The notes under the pieces are model-generated. The model did not search any database, was not told the origin of the DNA, and saw only the letters and a list, made by a program, of their open reading frames with translations. Positions 11,565 to 21,510 of a DNA stretch of 46,619 nt are shown piece by piece. Made by a program: the position numbers and the translations under genes. Origin of the DNA: Sulfurospirillum sp. (GTDB lineage: Bacteria; Campylobacterota; Campylobacteria; Campylobacterales; Sulfurospirillaceae); assembly GCA_045047115.1 (NCBI GenBank), contig JASFYR010000018.1:1-46619 (forward strand). The letters are read 5' to 3'. The stretch's first letter is position 1, and each line of letters opens with the position of its first letter.

Positions 11565-12464
11565 ATGATCATAAAAGAGTTTCAAGAATTTGAAGAATCC
11601 AGAGCACGGGCAAGAGCGTATTTTTGTTATCTTTTCAATAGAAATATTCCTGAAAAATTACCAAATCCTGATATAGAGCAGATAGAAAAGGTGCTAAGCA
11701 AAATTATAAATGAGATAGACGATTTTGAAGCACTTTATATACTTGATCAAAATGGAGTACAGGTATCTAAAAATATCACAAATAAAGATGAGTTTAAGGG
11801 ATGTAAGGGCAAAAATAGAAGTGCTCGAGCATACTTTTACAGAGCAGTTCAGGAGAGAAGATGCGTTCTTACAGACCCTTACCCCTCTTCATTGACAAAT
11901 AAGTTGACTGTTACGGCAGCATATCCTGTTTATGATGAAAATGATGATTTGAGATTTGTAGTTTGTTTAGATATTTACCTTGGGGATTTGTTAAAAATCA
12001 CAAAACCCACGAGTATGCAGTCAACTTTTGGAAGTTTTACAAAGATTGCATATACTATGTTTTCTGTTGCACTTTTGTCTATAGCATTTTTGCTTTTTTA
12101 CAACAGTGTAGAAAATCTTTTAAAAAACGGGATACTGCAAGCTTTGCAAAATATAGACATGATGTTTAAATCAACCATCCTTCTAACACTCTCCCTGGCT
12201 ATATTTGATCTTGTCAAGACGATATTCGAAGAGGAGGTGTTAGGCAGAAACGAAACCAACGAAGCTCATGATATACATAAAACCATGGTTAGATTTTTGG
12301 GTTCCATCGTGATAGCTTTGGCTATAGAAGCGTTGATGCTGGTTTTTAAGTTTGCCATAACAGACCCTAAAAATATTATCTCTGCTATCTATCTCATAGG
12401 AGGAGTCTCGATACTCTTAATTTCTCTTGCATTTTATGTTAAAATGGTATCTGTAAAAAAATAG
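11565..12464 (+). CDS. Cache/PDC sensor domain fused to a PsiE-like four-helix membrane domain
   Basis: NRSARAYF, LTDPYPSSLTNKLTVTAAYPV (Cache-like); four C-terminal hydrophobic helices. Confidence 0.7.
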   Translation: MIIKEFQEFEESRARARAYFCYLFNRNIPEKLPNPDIEQIEKVLSKIINEIDDFEALYILDQNGVQVSKNITNKDEFKGCKGKNRSARAYFYRAVQERRCVLTDPYPSSLTNKLTVTAAYPVYDENDDLRFVVCLDIYLGDLLKITKPTSMQSTFGSFTKIAYTMFSVALLSIAFLLFYNSVENLLKNGILQALQNIDMMFKSTILLTLSLAIFDLVKTIFEEEVLGRNETNEAHDIHKTMVRFLGSIVIALAIEALMLVFKFAITDPKNIISAIYLIGGVSILLISLAFYVKMVSVKK

Positions 12465-12490
12465 GAAGTCTAATAATTTGGAGGTAATAT

Positions 12491-12739
12491 ATGAGTGAAA
12501 TTAAAAAACAAAAAAGAGTAGTTCTGTTTACATCTCCCGGATGTCACTGGTGTACAACTGCTAAAACCTATCTTAAAAGTAACGGGATAAAGTTCAAAGT
12601 TATAGATATCAGTAAAGATGAAAGTGCTGCAAAAGACTGTCAAAAGCACGGTTGCAGAGGAGTGCCGGCTCTTTTAATAGGAAGCAAATGGATATGTGGT
12701 TTTGATAAAGCAAAAATCAACAAAGAATTAGGCATATAA
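12491..12739 (+). CDS. Glutaredoxin (NrdH/YruB-like)
   Basis: FTSPGCHWC, GVP, GFD; SD GGAGG. Confidence 0.88.
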   Translation: MSEIKKQKRVVLFTSPGCHWCTTAKTYLKSNGIKFKVIDISKDESAAKDCQKHGCRGVPALLIGSKWICGFDKAKINKELGI

Positions 12740-12743
12740 AGAC

Positions 12744-13604
12744 CTAATTCTTATACTTAATAGGCACATAAAAATCCAAATCAAATTTTTCGTTTTTATT
12801 TATGAAATGATTCGCACGATAATGTGCTAGCGAGGGTAGATGCATCTTTTCATACCCAGAGTTTGGCAGCCACTTATAGTATATATAGTCCATATATTTC
12901 ATTAAATCTCCATATGCACCTTTTAGGATAAATTTTGCACAAAAGATTTTTGGGATATTCATAATCCCTACTTTGGCAGACGGATAGATTTTTTTATCGC
13001 TCTTTATGCCAAGACATGCCACATAGTGACAATCCCTCTTCTGAACGATATTTGGATTACTGTGGTGGAGTCCGATCATAGGCATATGCTTGGTCTTTAA
13101 GTCAAGATTGTTGCAAAACTCAAACAGTCTCATCCAGGCTTCATTTATACTTCTATCGTAACCTTTGTGTCTGACATATGCTACCCTTGTCTTTTTAAAG
13201 TAGCACACCTCTACATGTAGAGGAGATATTTCTTTGATGTTTTCTTTGATTTGCTTAGATATGTCTACTTCTCTCCATTTTGTGGGAGTAACACCAAAAT
13301 ACTCTTTAAAAGCGTGCGTAAAGGATGAGTTTGATACGAAACCTGAATTTTGTAAAATCTCGGTGATAGAGGAGTCTGGATTGAAGAGTAGAACATTTGC
13401 ACTGTGTTCGAGTCTTACCCGTCTTACATAGGTATGCAGGCTCTCATTTGTAATATTTTTAAAAACGCGATTAAAATGAAATGGAGACATTGAGATTAAT
13501 GATGCGAGAGAGTTTACACTATGCTCCTTTGTTATGTTGAGGTGAATTTGATATAAGACTTCATTTACTCTTTGAAGATGGTCTTTTTTCGTAGTCTTTT
13601 TCAT
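12744..13604 (-). CDS. AraC family regulator with C-terminal GyrI-like effector domain
   Basis: MSPFHFNRVFK, RRVRLE, FKEYFGVTP; VAYVRHKGY and WLPNSGY in the C-terminal domain. Confidence 0.9.
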   Translation of the reverse strand: MKKTTKKDHLQRVNEVLYQIHLNITKEHSVNSLASLISMSPFHFNRVFKNITNESLHTYVRRVRLEHSANVLLFNPDSSITEILQNSGFVSNSSFTHAFKEYFGVTPTKWREVDISKQIKENIKEISPLHVEVCYFKKTRVAYVRHKGYDRSINEAWMRLFEFCNNLDLKTKHMPMIGLHHSNPNIVQKRDCHYVACLGIKSDKKIYPSAKVGIMNIPKIFCAKFILKGAYGDLMKYMDYIYYKWLPNSGYEKMHLPSLAHYRANHFINKNEKFDLDFYVPIKYKN

Positions 13605-13684
13605 AAAATATTATAGCACATTTCGACAAATAAATAATCATTTTTTTTGTAGAGATAAATTTCATACTTCTGTAAAATATAAGT

Positions 13685-14860
13685 ATGAAAAATTTATATG
13701 CAAAAAGAGCACAAAACTATAAAAGGTCATTTACCAGGGAGATACTTGAGTTGACAAGTAGAGCTTCGGTCATATCATTTGCAGGAGGCTTGCCCGATGT
13801 TTCTCTATTCCCTAAAAATGAGATTGAAGAGGAGATAAAAAATGTTGTGAAAAGTTCAGATAATTCACTGTTTCAATACTCTAGTGCAAATGGAGCCAAA
13901 GAGCTTAGAAAGGAGATAGCCAAGAGATATTTTAACACTCAAGTTGATGATATTTTGCTAACATCTGGTTCACAGCAGGGCTTGGATATAGTTTGTAAAA
14001 CTTTTATAGACTCAGGTGATTTGATAGTTGTTGAGTCGCCTAGTTACCTTGTTGCTCTAAATCTTTTCAAGATGTACGGAGCTAAGATTTTAGATGTGAA
14101 GCTCTCTAAAAATGGTGTAGATACACAAGAGCTAGAGAAAATATTTAAAGAAAGAAGACCAAAATTCTTCTATGTAATTCCTATATTTCAAAATCCTACA
14201 GGTTGGACTTGGAATATAGATACAAGAAAAAAAGTAGCAGACTTGGCAAGAGAATACGGAGTTTTGATTATAGAGGACAGCCCGTATGATGCTCTGAACT
14301 ATAATGATGTTAAGATTGTTGGATTTGATAAACTTTTGCCTAAGCAGACGATAACTCTTGGTACATTTTCAAAAGTGTTGGCACCGGATTTTAGAATTGG
14401 CTGGATGAGGGCTAAAAGAGAGTTTGTTGAGATATTTCAAAGCATGAAAGAAAACAGTGATTTGCAAAGTTCAAGATTTTTTCAACTTGTGACAGCAAAT
14501 ATGATAAAAAGTAAGAAGTTAGCTCTGCATATAGAACTTTTAAAAAGAGTTTATAAAGATAAAAGAGATGCAATGGCTATGGCTTTGGACAGGCATTTTG
14601 GAGGCGATATAGAGTTTCAAATCCCAAAAGGGGGTATGTTTTTTTGGATAAAATTTAATGACAAGATTGATACAGTGAGATTATTTGATTTTACTATAAG
14701 ATACGATATTGCTTTTGTTCCGGGAGCTGTTTTTTTCAACAGTCAGAATTCATCATCTTATGCAAGATTAAACTTTACAAATGCAGGCTTTGATGAGATT
14801 GAAGAGGGGATTAAAAGGCTAAAGAGAGGATATATGGACTATATTCAATTTATTTCATAG
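13685..14860 (+). CDS. PLP-dependent aminotransferase class I/II (LysN/ARO8-like)
   Basis: ISFAGGLP, TSGSQQGL, FQNPTG, IIEDSPY, GTFSKVLAPDFRIGW, PKGGMFFW. Confidence 0.92.
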   Translation: MKNLYAKRAQNYKRSFTREILELTSRASVISFAGGLPDVSLFPKNEIEEEIKNVVKSSDNSLFQYSSANGAKELRKEIAKRYFNTQVDDILLTSGSQQGLDIVCKTFIDSGDLIVVESPSYLVALNLFKMYGAKILDVKLSKNGVDTQELEKIFKERRPKFFYVIPIFQNPTGWTWNIDTRKKVADLAREYGVLIIEDSPYDALNYNDVKIVGFDKLLPKQTITLGTFSKVLAPDFRIGWMRAKREFVEIFQSMKENSDLQSSRFFQLVTANMIKSKKLALHIELLKRVYKDKRDAMAMALDRHFGGDIEFQIPKGGMFFWIKFNDKIDTVRLFDFTIRYDIAFVPGAVFFNSQNSSSYARLNFTNAGFDEIEEGIKRLKRGYMDYIQFIS

Positions 14861-16022
14861 CATTTTTTGAAAATCTTAGGATGAGGTAGCCCACAATGCC
14901 CGAAAGAAAAGAGCCTATAAGTATAGCGAGTTTGTCTGCATAGTGGTAAATCTGTGTGTCATTATAGGCTAAAGAGTCGATAAAAAGACTCATGGTAAAA
15001 CCGATACCTGTCAAGACTGCCACACCATAAAGCTGCATCCAATTGCTATCTTGGGGTAAACTTGCAAGTTTAAATTTTATAGCTAACCAACTAAAACCAA
15101 ATACACCGGCTTGTTTGCCTATAAAAAGACCAAGCATAATGCCCATAGGTACGGTTCCTGTCATATCATCAAGGGATATTCCCTTAAGATCAACTCCTGC
15201 GTTTACAAATGCGAATAGTGGTAAAATCATAAAAGCTACCCAGTAGTGCAGGTCATGCTCCATCTCTTTTGCCATGGAGAATTTTTTACCCTTTTTGTCA
15301 ACTGAATTCAAGGGTATCATAAAAGCTAAAGCTACTCCGGCCAGGGTTGCGTGTACACCTGATTTTAAAACACTCACCCAAAGTATCGTACCCACCAGTA
15401 TAAATGCTGTCTTTTTTGTCACCCCTGTTTTATTCATGATAAAAAGTATAACCAGTGATATAAAGGAGATTGTTATAGATATTGTTGATAGATCAGCTGT
15501 GTAAAATAGAGCAATTATGACGATGGCCCCTAAATCATCTATGATTGCGAGTGCCATTAAAAAGAGTTTTAAAGAGACGGGTACCCTATTTCCGAGCAAG
15601 GAGAGTATACCCAGTGCAAATGCTATATCGGTTGCAGTCGGAATCGCCCATCCTTTTATAGCAAAAGAGTGGTCTTGGTTTATCAGGGCAAATATCAATG
15701 CCGGAATCATCATTCCGCCTATGGCTGCTATAGCAGGCAGAGCAACTTGTCTCAAGGATGAGAGGTGTCCTTCAAGAACTTCTCTTTTAACTTCAAGGCC
15801 GATAAGAAAGAAAAAAACAGCCATCATTCCATCATTTACCCAGAGTAAAAAAGGCTTTGCTATTTGTAGATCACCAAATCTTATCTCTACATGAGTGTGC
15901 AAGAAGTTGTTGTATACGGATGAAAAACTACTGTTTTCAAGTAAAATTGCCACAATAGTAACGACAATCAATAAAATACCCGCAGTTGACTCTTTTTTTA
16001 TAAATCCCTCTATCATATTCAT
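14850..16022 (-). CDS. nhaA: Na+/H+ antiporter NhaA
   Basis: WVNDGMM, GWAIPTATDIAF, LAIIDDLGA, SGVHATLAG, GIGFTMSLFI. Confidence 0.98.
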   Translation of the reverse strand: MNMIEGFIKKESTAGILLIVVTIVAILLENSSFSSVYNNFLHTHVEIRFGDLQIAKPFLLWVNDGMMAVFFFLIGLEVKREVLEGHLSSLRQVALPAIAAIGGMMIPALIFALINQDHSFAIKGWAIPTATDIAFALGILSLLGNRVPVSLKLFLMALAIIDDLGAIVIIALFYTADLSTISITISFISLVILFIMNKTGVTKKTAFILVGTILWVSVLKSGVHATLAGVALAFMIPLNSVDKKGKKFSMAKEMEHDLHYWVAFMILPLFAFVNAGVDLKGISLDDMTGTVPMGIMLGLFIGKQAGVFGFSWLAIKFKLASLPQDSNWMQLYGVAVLTGIGFTMSLFIDSLAYNDTQIYHYADKLAILIGSFLSGIVGYLILRFSKNAMK

Positions 16023-16048
16023 CTGTTTACTTTCAAATTTTATTTGGG

Positions 16049-16057
16049 ATTATAGCA
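16049..16057 (-). promoter_or_regulatory. Extended -10 promoter of nhaA
   Basis: TGCTATAAT on the minus strand about 27 nt upstream of the start. Confidence 0.6.
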
Positions 16058-16068
16058 TAAAAATTTTT

Positions 16069-16101
16069 ATCGGAAGAAGCTAGGTTTAAACTTCTTCCGA
16101 T
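16069..16101 (-). terminator. Hairpin after nfnB, probable terminator
   Basis: ATCGGAAGAAG-N11-CTTCTTCCGAT 11-bp stem. Confidence 0.6.
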
Positions 16102-16120
16102 TAGTTTAGGAGGTTATATG

Positions 16121-17512
16121 TTAGTCATCATGTGAGCTGATATATGCATGAATTGATTTTGCTGCATTTTTTCCTTCGCCTAGAGCTTTTATGACTGTAG
16201 CAGCTCCACTTGCCGCATCACCACCTGCGAAAGTGCCTTCTACGCTCGTCATATGGTTTTCATCTACTATGATGACTCCATTTTTATCTCTTTTTATCTC
16301 AGGAGCACGATCAAGAAAGAGTCTGTTTGGTACAGTTCCTAGTGCCTCAATGACCGTATCAATTCCCATATAAAAATTACTGTCCACTATAGGAGTAGGG
16401 CGTAATTTTCCTTTTTTGTCTTCTATGAGTTCCATTTTTACAAGCTCCATGTAGTCTATGAAGCCCTCATCATTTCCATGAAATCTTACGGGATTTACCA
16501 ATTCGTGAAAGATTACTCCCTCTTCGAGCGCATGATGGAGTTCTTCTGCCCGGGCAGGGGCATACTCTTTAGTCCTTCTGTATATTATATGGACTTCTTC
16601 TGCACCTAGCCTAAGAGCTGTTCTAGCTGCATCCATAGCAACATTTCCAGCGCCCAATACGGCCACTTTTTTACCTACATCGATAGGAGTGTCCCACTCC
16701 GGAAATTTATATGCTTTCATCAGATTTGCACGAATTAGAAATTCATTTGAAGAGTAGACACCATCAAGTGGATTTTCTCCGGCAATTCCCATAAATTTTG
16801 GAGCACCTGCTCCCATAGCTAAAAATACCGCGTCATTTTGAGATACCAGTTCATAATAGTATATATTTTGACCGACAGTATGATTGAGTTCGATTTTTAC
16901 ACCCATCTCTTCAAGTTTTTTTACCTCTGCATCGACTATATCTTTGGGAAGCCTAAATTCTGGGATACCGTATTGAAGTACACCACCCGCCTTATGAAGT
17001 GTTTCGTATATAGTCACGGCATATCCGTATTTGCGACACTCTGCAGCACAGGCAAGTCCGGCAGGACCAGAGCCTACTATCGCTACATGCTTATCTTCGT
17101 TGTTGGCTACAGTTTCTTCTACTTCTACCTTGTGTTTTGCTCCCCAATTTGCGATAAATGCTTCGAGTTTTCCTATAGCAATAGGCTCATCAAACTTTTT
17201 CAAGATACAGTCACCCTCGCATTGCTTTTCTTGAGGACATACTCTTCCTGAACAGGCTGGAAAAGAGTTGTCAACTTTAACCAAAAGATATGCCTCTTTG
17301 AATTTTCTTTGAGCTATCAAAAGGTTCATCTCTTTTATGCCAATATTCACAGGACATGCAGGCTCGCACTTTGGTTTTTTGCACTGTATGCATCTGGTTG
17401 CTTCTTCCACTGCTTCATCTTCAGTATAACCATATGGCACTGATTTGAAATTTTTGATTCGTTGCAATGGGGGTTGTTCACCCATCGGAACTCTAGGTTT
17501 TATTTTTGGCAT
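16121..17512 (-). CDS. nfnB: NfnB/SudA-type large subunit (GltD-like flavoprotein with two 4Fe-4S clusters) of ferredoxin:NADP oxidoreductase
   Basis: CIQCKKPKCEPACP, GRVCPQEKQCEGDC, GSGPAG, YGIPEFRLPK, GAGNVAMD, YRRT; adjacent small subunit, no gltB; start ATG 17512 (GTG 17521 possible). Confidence 0.85.
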   Translation of the reverse strand: MPKIKPRVPMGEQPPLQRIKNFKSVPYGYTEDEAVEEATRCIQCKKPKCEPACPVNIGIKEMNLLIAQRKFKEAYLLVKVDNSFPACSGRVCPQEKQCEGDCILKKFDEPIAIGKLEAFIANWGAKHKVEVEETVANNEDKHVAIVGSGPAGLACAAECRKYGYAVTIYETLHKAGGVLQYGIPEFRLPKDIVDAEVKKLEEMGVKIELNHTVGQNIYYYELVSQNDAVFLAMGAGAPKFMGIAGENPLDGVYSSNEFLIRANLMKAYKFPEWDTPIDVGKKVAVLGAGNVAMDAARTALRLGAEEVHIIYRRTKEYAPARAEELHHALEEGVIFHELVNPVRFHGNDEGFIDYMELVKMELIEDKKGKLRPTPIVDSNFYMGIDTVIEALGTVPNRLFLDRAPEIKRDKNGVIIVDENHMTSVEGTFAGGDAASGAATVIKALGEGKNAAKSIHAYISSHDD

Positions 17513-18351
17513 TTTCCACACCCCCCTTTGTGAGCTTCATAGTATTCGTTGGCTTTTTTCTCCTCTTTTTTAAACATACCATACCTTTTCATAGCTCTTG
17601 TCCAGTTAATTTTTCTGCTGTCAAACATAGGACCGTCTATACAAGAGAGTTTCATCTCTCCATCTATGTAGACTCTGCAAGAACCACACATGCCTGAGCC
17701 ATCGACCATCATTTGTCTTGTTGTGAACAGATTGTCTATGTTATTGATGGCTAAAATAGTAGACACAGCTTTCATCGTAGGAAGTTTCCCTCCCCCAAAT
17801 ACATAATCAATCTTTACTCCATTGTCTATCAGTCTTTTAAGGGTAACGAGATAACTACCGTGATCTCCAAAAGAACCATCTTCTGTTGTTATAAAGTGCC
17901 TATCGGCTATCTTTTTTGTAAGATATTCATCAGGATAAACCTCTTTTTTGCTGGGAAATGTTTGAATTGAGATGATATTGTTTCCCTCTATTTTGCCCAA
18001 AGAGTCGCAAATAGCATAATTTTCTGCATGTCCACACACAGCATCAGAAACAACCACAACCGTTCCATATGCTTTTTCTTCGATTCCATTTCCAAGTGGT
18101 CCAATGACATTTTCAAAACTTGTTATTCCATCTCTTAGCTCTTTTGATGTTTTTCCAAGTTTTCTGATAAACATGCTGATCTTTCCGTCATTTACTTTCA
18201 TGACGGACATCGGAATCCTCTCTCCTTCTTTTTTTGTCATAAGCATCACAAATTGCCCCGGATGGAATCTTTCGGCAACTTCAGGTGCTTCGACATCAAC
18301 TAAAAAATCGATGGAGTCCAAATCCATCATCTTTGTTATTTTAAACGACAC
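17500..18351 (-). CDS. nfnA: NfnA/SudB-type small subunit (FAD, 2Fe-2S; PyrK-like), divergent NAD-binding loop
   Basis: PGQFV, GERIPMS, GPLG, TTEDGS, MVDGSGMCGSCR..CIDGPMFD; GTG start at 18351 with AGGAGG SD. Confidence 0.82.
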   Translation of the reverse strand: MSFKITKMMDLDSIDFLVDVEAPEVAERFHPGQFVMLMTKKEGERIPMSVMKVNDGKISMFIRKLGKTSKELRDGITSFENVIGPLGNGIEEKAYGTVVVVSDAVCGHAENYAICDSLGKIEGNNIISIQTFPSKKEVYPDEYLTKKIADRHFITTEDGSFGDHGSYLVTLKRLIDNGVKIDYVFGGGKLPTMKAVSTILAINNIDNLFTTRQMMVDGSGMCGSCRVYIDGEMKLSCIDGPMFDSRKINWTRAMKRYGMFKKEEKKANEYYEAHKGGCGKCQK

Positions 18352-18625
18352 CTCTCTCCTCCTAATATATAATTTACACAATACTATGATAAAAAAATGC
18401 ATAAGTATAGTAAACTACACATCTTATACATAATAATAATTATAATCTAAGATAATGTGTAGAAATGAAACACTTTTAAAAAAGGTAAAAATTGTCTTAA
18501 AGCCCTATCTTTAGGGCTTTTGAAATTGTTTATATAATTTAATTGTTTATTATTTTTTTAAGTTTTAAAATTGCTAATTTATCTGGTTTAAGTCAAAATT
18601 ATAAGTAATCATATATAATATCCCT

Positions 18626-19753
18626 ATGAGTAGTTTTAGTATAAAAGAAGTTGCAGACAAACAGTGCAGTATCAAGATTTGCGATAAACTTGATAAAGAA
18701 AATATAAAAGCACTGTATCCAAAAATTAAAAAATTAAAAATTAAAAAATTTGCCCTTGTAAAGATAGATTGTGCAAAAATGACCGCATTGGATTATGCTG
18801 GTGCTCTTTTGCTTGCTGATTTGAGTGCAACTTTTTGTGAAAACAGAGCTTCAGTTGTGATTGTTGGCATGAACCCGGATTTGAAGAATCTCATGCTTTT
18901 TGCGAGAAAAAATTTGAGACAAAAATCACAAGTGAAAGAAATAAAAGAGAATTTTCTAATTTCACCAATAATCAAAACCGGAAAATATATCATTGATTCA
19001 CTTGAGTCATTTTTGTTCTTCCTCTCTTTTTTAGGTGAGAGTGTATTGCAATTTTTTAGAGTTTTAGTGAAACCATGGCAATTTAGATATAAAGCAACAG
19101 CGGTTCATTTAGAAAAATCAGGAGCCCAGGCATTGCCTATAGTGGCTTTGACATCGTTTTTAGTTGGTTTGGTCATAGCTTATCAAAGCGCTGAACAGTT
19201 GACAAAATTTGGTGCAAGTATCTTTATCGTTGATATGGTTTCAATCTCAATGTTTAGAGAACTTGCCCCTTTGATAGCAGCCATTGTAATAGCTGGAAGA
19301 AGTGCATCTTCGTATACTGCCGAGATAGGTACTATGAAGATAACTGAAGAGATTGACGCTATGCGTTCTATGGGATTTGAGCCCATCGTTTTTCTTGTTT
19401 TGCCTCGTATATTTGCTCTGGTTATTGCTATGCCTTTAATTGTGTTTTTTGCAGATATCGTAGGAGTTTTTGGCGGAATGATAGTTGCAAAAACAAATTT
19501 GGGCATATCATATGCAGAATTTATACAAAGAGGCAGAGATGTGGTAGAGGTGAAGCATATACTTATAGGCTTGTTTAAAGCACCGTTTTTTGGTCTTTTG
19601 ATAGCAACTATTGGCTGTTTTAGAGGTTTTCAGGTTACCGGTAGCACAGAGAGTATAGGTCGCTATACAACTATCAGTGTTGTAAATGCAATATTTTGGG
19701 TGATAGCCTGCAATGCTTTGATTTCAGTAGTTTTAACGGAGATAGGGATTTGA
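18626..19753 (+). CDS. mlaE: MlaE-family lipid ABC permease with N-terminal STAS-like domain
   Basis: LDYAGALL STAS-like segment; RELAPLIAAIVIAGRSASSYTAEIGTMKITEEIDAM. Confidence 0.9.
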   Translation: MSSFSIKEVADKQCSIKICDKLDKENIKALYPKIKKLKIKKFALVKIDCAKMTALDYAGALLLADLSATFCENRASVVIVGMNPDLKNLMLFARKNLRQKSQVKEIKENFLISPIIKTGKYIIDSLESFLFFLSFLGESVLQFFRVLVKPWQFRYKATAVHLEKSGAQALPIVALTSFLVGLVIAYQSAEQLTKFGASIFIVDMVSISMFRELAPLIAAIVIAGRSASSYTAEIGTMKITEEIDAMRSMGFEPIVFLVLPRIFALVIAMPLIVFFADIVGVFGGMIVAKTNLGISYAEFIQRGRDVVEVKHILIGLFKAPFFGLLIATIGCFRGFQVTGSTESIGRYTTISVVNAIFWVIACNALISVVLTEIGI

Positions 19754-20493
19754 GTGAAGCTATCATAAAAGTAAAAGATGTAACAACACAATTTGGAAAA
19801 AAAGTAGTACATGATAAAATTTCAATAGAGATAAAAGAGGGTGAAATTTATGGTATCCTAGGAGGAAGCGGTTCAGGTAAAACAACGCTTTTGCGAGAGA
19901 TTATAATGTTGCAAAAATTCAGATCTGGCTCAATAGAGGTCTTAGGGAAAAAAATAGGAAAGATATCACATGCTCAATCTGTGGAGTTAAAAAAGAATTG
20001 GTCTGTTTTGTTTCAGTTTGGTGCACTTTATTCGTCTTTAAATGTTCTGGAAAATGTATCTATTCCGCTTATAGAATATACAAGCTTACCCAAGGAGTTG
20101 ATAGAAGATATAGCTTTGAGTAAGTTAAAAATGTCAGGACTAAAGAAAGAGGCTACTTATCTTTTTCCCAGTGAGTTGAGTGGAGGCATGAGAAAACGGG
20201 CAGCACTGGCAAGAGCACTTGCTATGGATCCTAAAATTCTTTTTCTAGATGAGCCTACCAGTGGATTGGATCCTGTGGGAGCTGAAAATTTTGACAGACT
20301 CATAAAAGAGTTGGCTGCACTTTTGAAATTGACTGTGATTATAGTGACTCATGATCTTCATACCATAGAAAATGTGCTTGATAGATTTTGTGTGATTTTT
20401 GATAAAAAGATACTTTTTGAAGGAACGCTTGAAGAGGCTAAAAATTTCAAGCATTATGCGATAAAAGAGTTTTTAAAATTGGATATAGAATAA
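19750..20493 (+). CDS. mlaF: MlaF-family ABC ATPase
   Basis: GGSGSGKT, LFQFGALYSSL, LSGGMRKR, DEPTSGLDP; TTG start overlapping mlaE stop. Confidence 0.9.
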   Translation: MSEAIIKVKDVTTQFGKKVVHDKISIEIKEGEIYGILGGSGSGKTTLLREIIMLQKFRSGSIEVLGKKIGKISHAQSVELKKNWSVLFQFGALYSSLNVLENVSIPLIEYTSLPKELIEDIALSKLKMSGLKKEATYLFPSELSGGMRKRAALARALAMDPKILFLDEPTSGLDPVGAENFDRLIKELAALLKLTVIIVTHDLHTIENVLDRFCVIFDKKILFEGTLEEAKNFKHYAIKEFLKLDIE

Positions 20494-20502
20494 GGAAAAT
20501 GT

Positions 20503-21510
20503 ATGGAAAAAAGACTTAGTTATATAGTGGTGGGCTCTTTTGTTATCGTGCTGAGTCTGTCGCTGTTTTCATTTTTGTATTGGTTGGCAAAATATGGAAA
20601 CGAGACGGTAAAACATGACTATTATAATACGTATTTTACAGAGTCGGTTTCAGGGTTAAGTGCTGAATCTCCTGTCAAATATAGAGGTGTTGAAGTGGGT
20701 AGAGTCAAACAAATATCTATAAATAAGAAAAATAGCGAAGAAGTTGAAATATTGCTTGAGATAAAAAAGGGAACACCTGTCAAAAAAGATACATATGCAG
20801 TGCTTGATACACAGGGGATTACAGGCTTGAAGTATGTGGAGCTTAAAGGAGGAAGTAAAAATTCACCTTTAATTGTTAGTAAAAAAGATGAGATAGGAAC
20901 CATAAAATCAAGAAAATCGGTAATGGCATCACTGTTTGATAGCAGTGAAGCTATAACTGCAAAAATTAATGGGGTATTACAAAGGATAGAGACAATTCTA
21001 AGTGATAAAAATATAGATAATTTTAGCAGTATCGTCAATAATTTATCAAGTACAACGAAGTATATAGACAATAATAAGTATAAGATCAATCAAATGTTTG
21101 CTCAAATAGGAGATTTGAAGAAAAATATACAAAAAGATTTGGCTATCATTACTCAGAATATAAGCTCATTTTCAAAAGATGGCAAGAAATTTTTGGAGCA
21201 TACGGAAAATTTTGAGAATACATTGATACCATCATTTGAAAAATTAGGAAAAATGAGTGATAGAGCGGGAGCTGCAAGTAATTCTACAAAAGTATTTTTT
21301 GACAATATGCAAAAAGAGTTAAAAAAAGGTGAGTTTAGTTTTGCAGATATAGTTGAACAAAATATGCAAATTTTAAATGAGACTGCAATTTCACTTAGAA
21401 ATTTATCTTTGAGACTTGATGAAACTGTGAGTGAACTTAAAAACAGCCCAAGCGATTTGCTGTATAAAAGCACAGCAAAAATTCCGGGACCAGGAGAGAG
21501 TAATGAATAA
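20503..21510 (+). CDS. mlaD: MlaD/MCE family protein
   Basis: N-terminal TM, ESVSGLSAESPVKYRGVEVGRV, QGITGLKYVEL, coiled tail. Confidence 0.9.
   Translation: MEKRLSYIVVGSFVIVLSLSLFSFLYWLAKYGNETVKHDYYNTYFTESVSGLSAESPVKYRGVEVGRVKQISINKKNSEEVEILLEIKKGTPVKKDTYAVLDTQGITGLKYVELKGGSKNSPLIVSKKDEIGTIKSRKSVMASLFDSSEAITAKINGVLQRIETILSDKNIDNFSSIVNNLSSTTKYIDNNKYKINQMFAQIGDLKKNIQKDLAIITQNISSFSKDGKKFLEHTENFENTLIPSFEKLGKMSDRAGAASNSTKVFFDNMQKELKKGEFSFADIVEQNMQILNETAISLRNLSLRLDETVSELKNSPSDLLYKSTAKIPGPGESNE

Noticed and set aside
16121..17512. Glutamate synthase small subunit gltD
   Set aside because: No gltB adjacent; the partner is a SudB/NfnA-type subunit.
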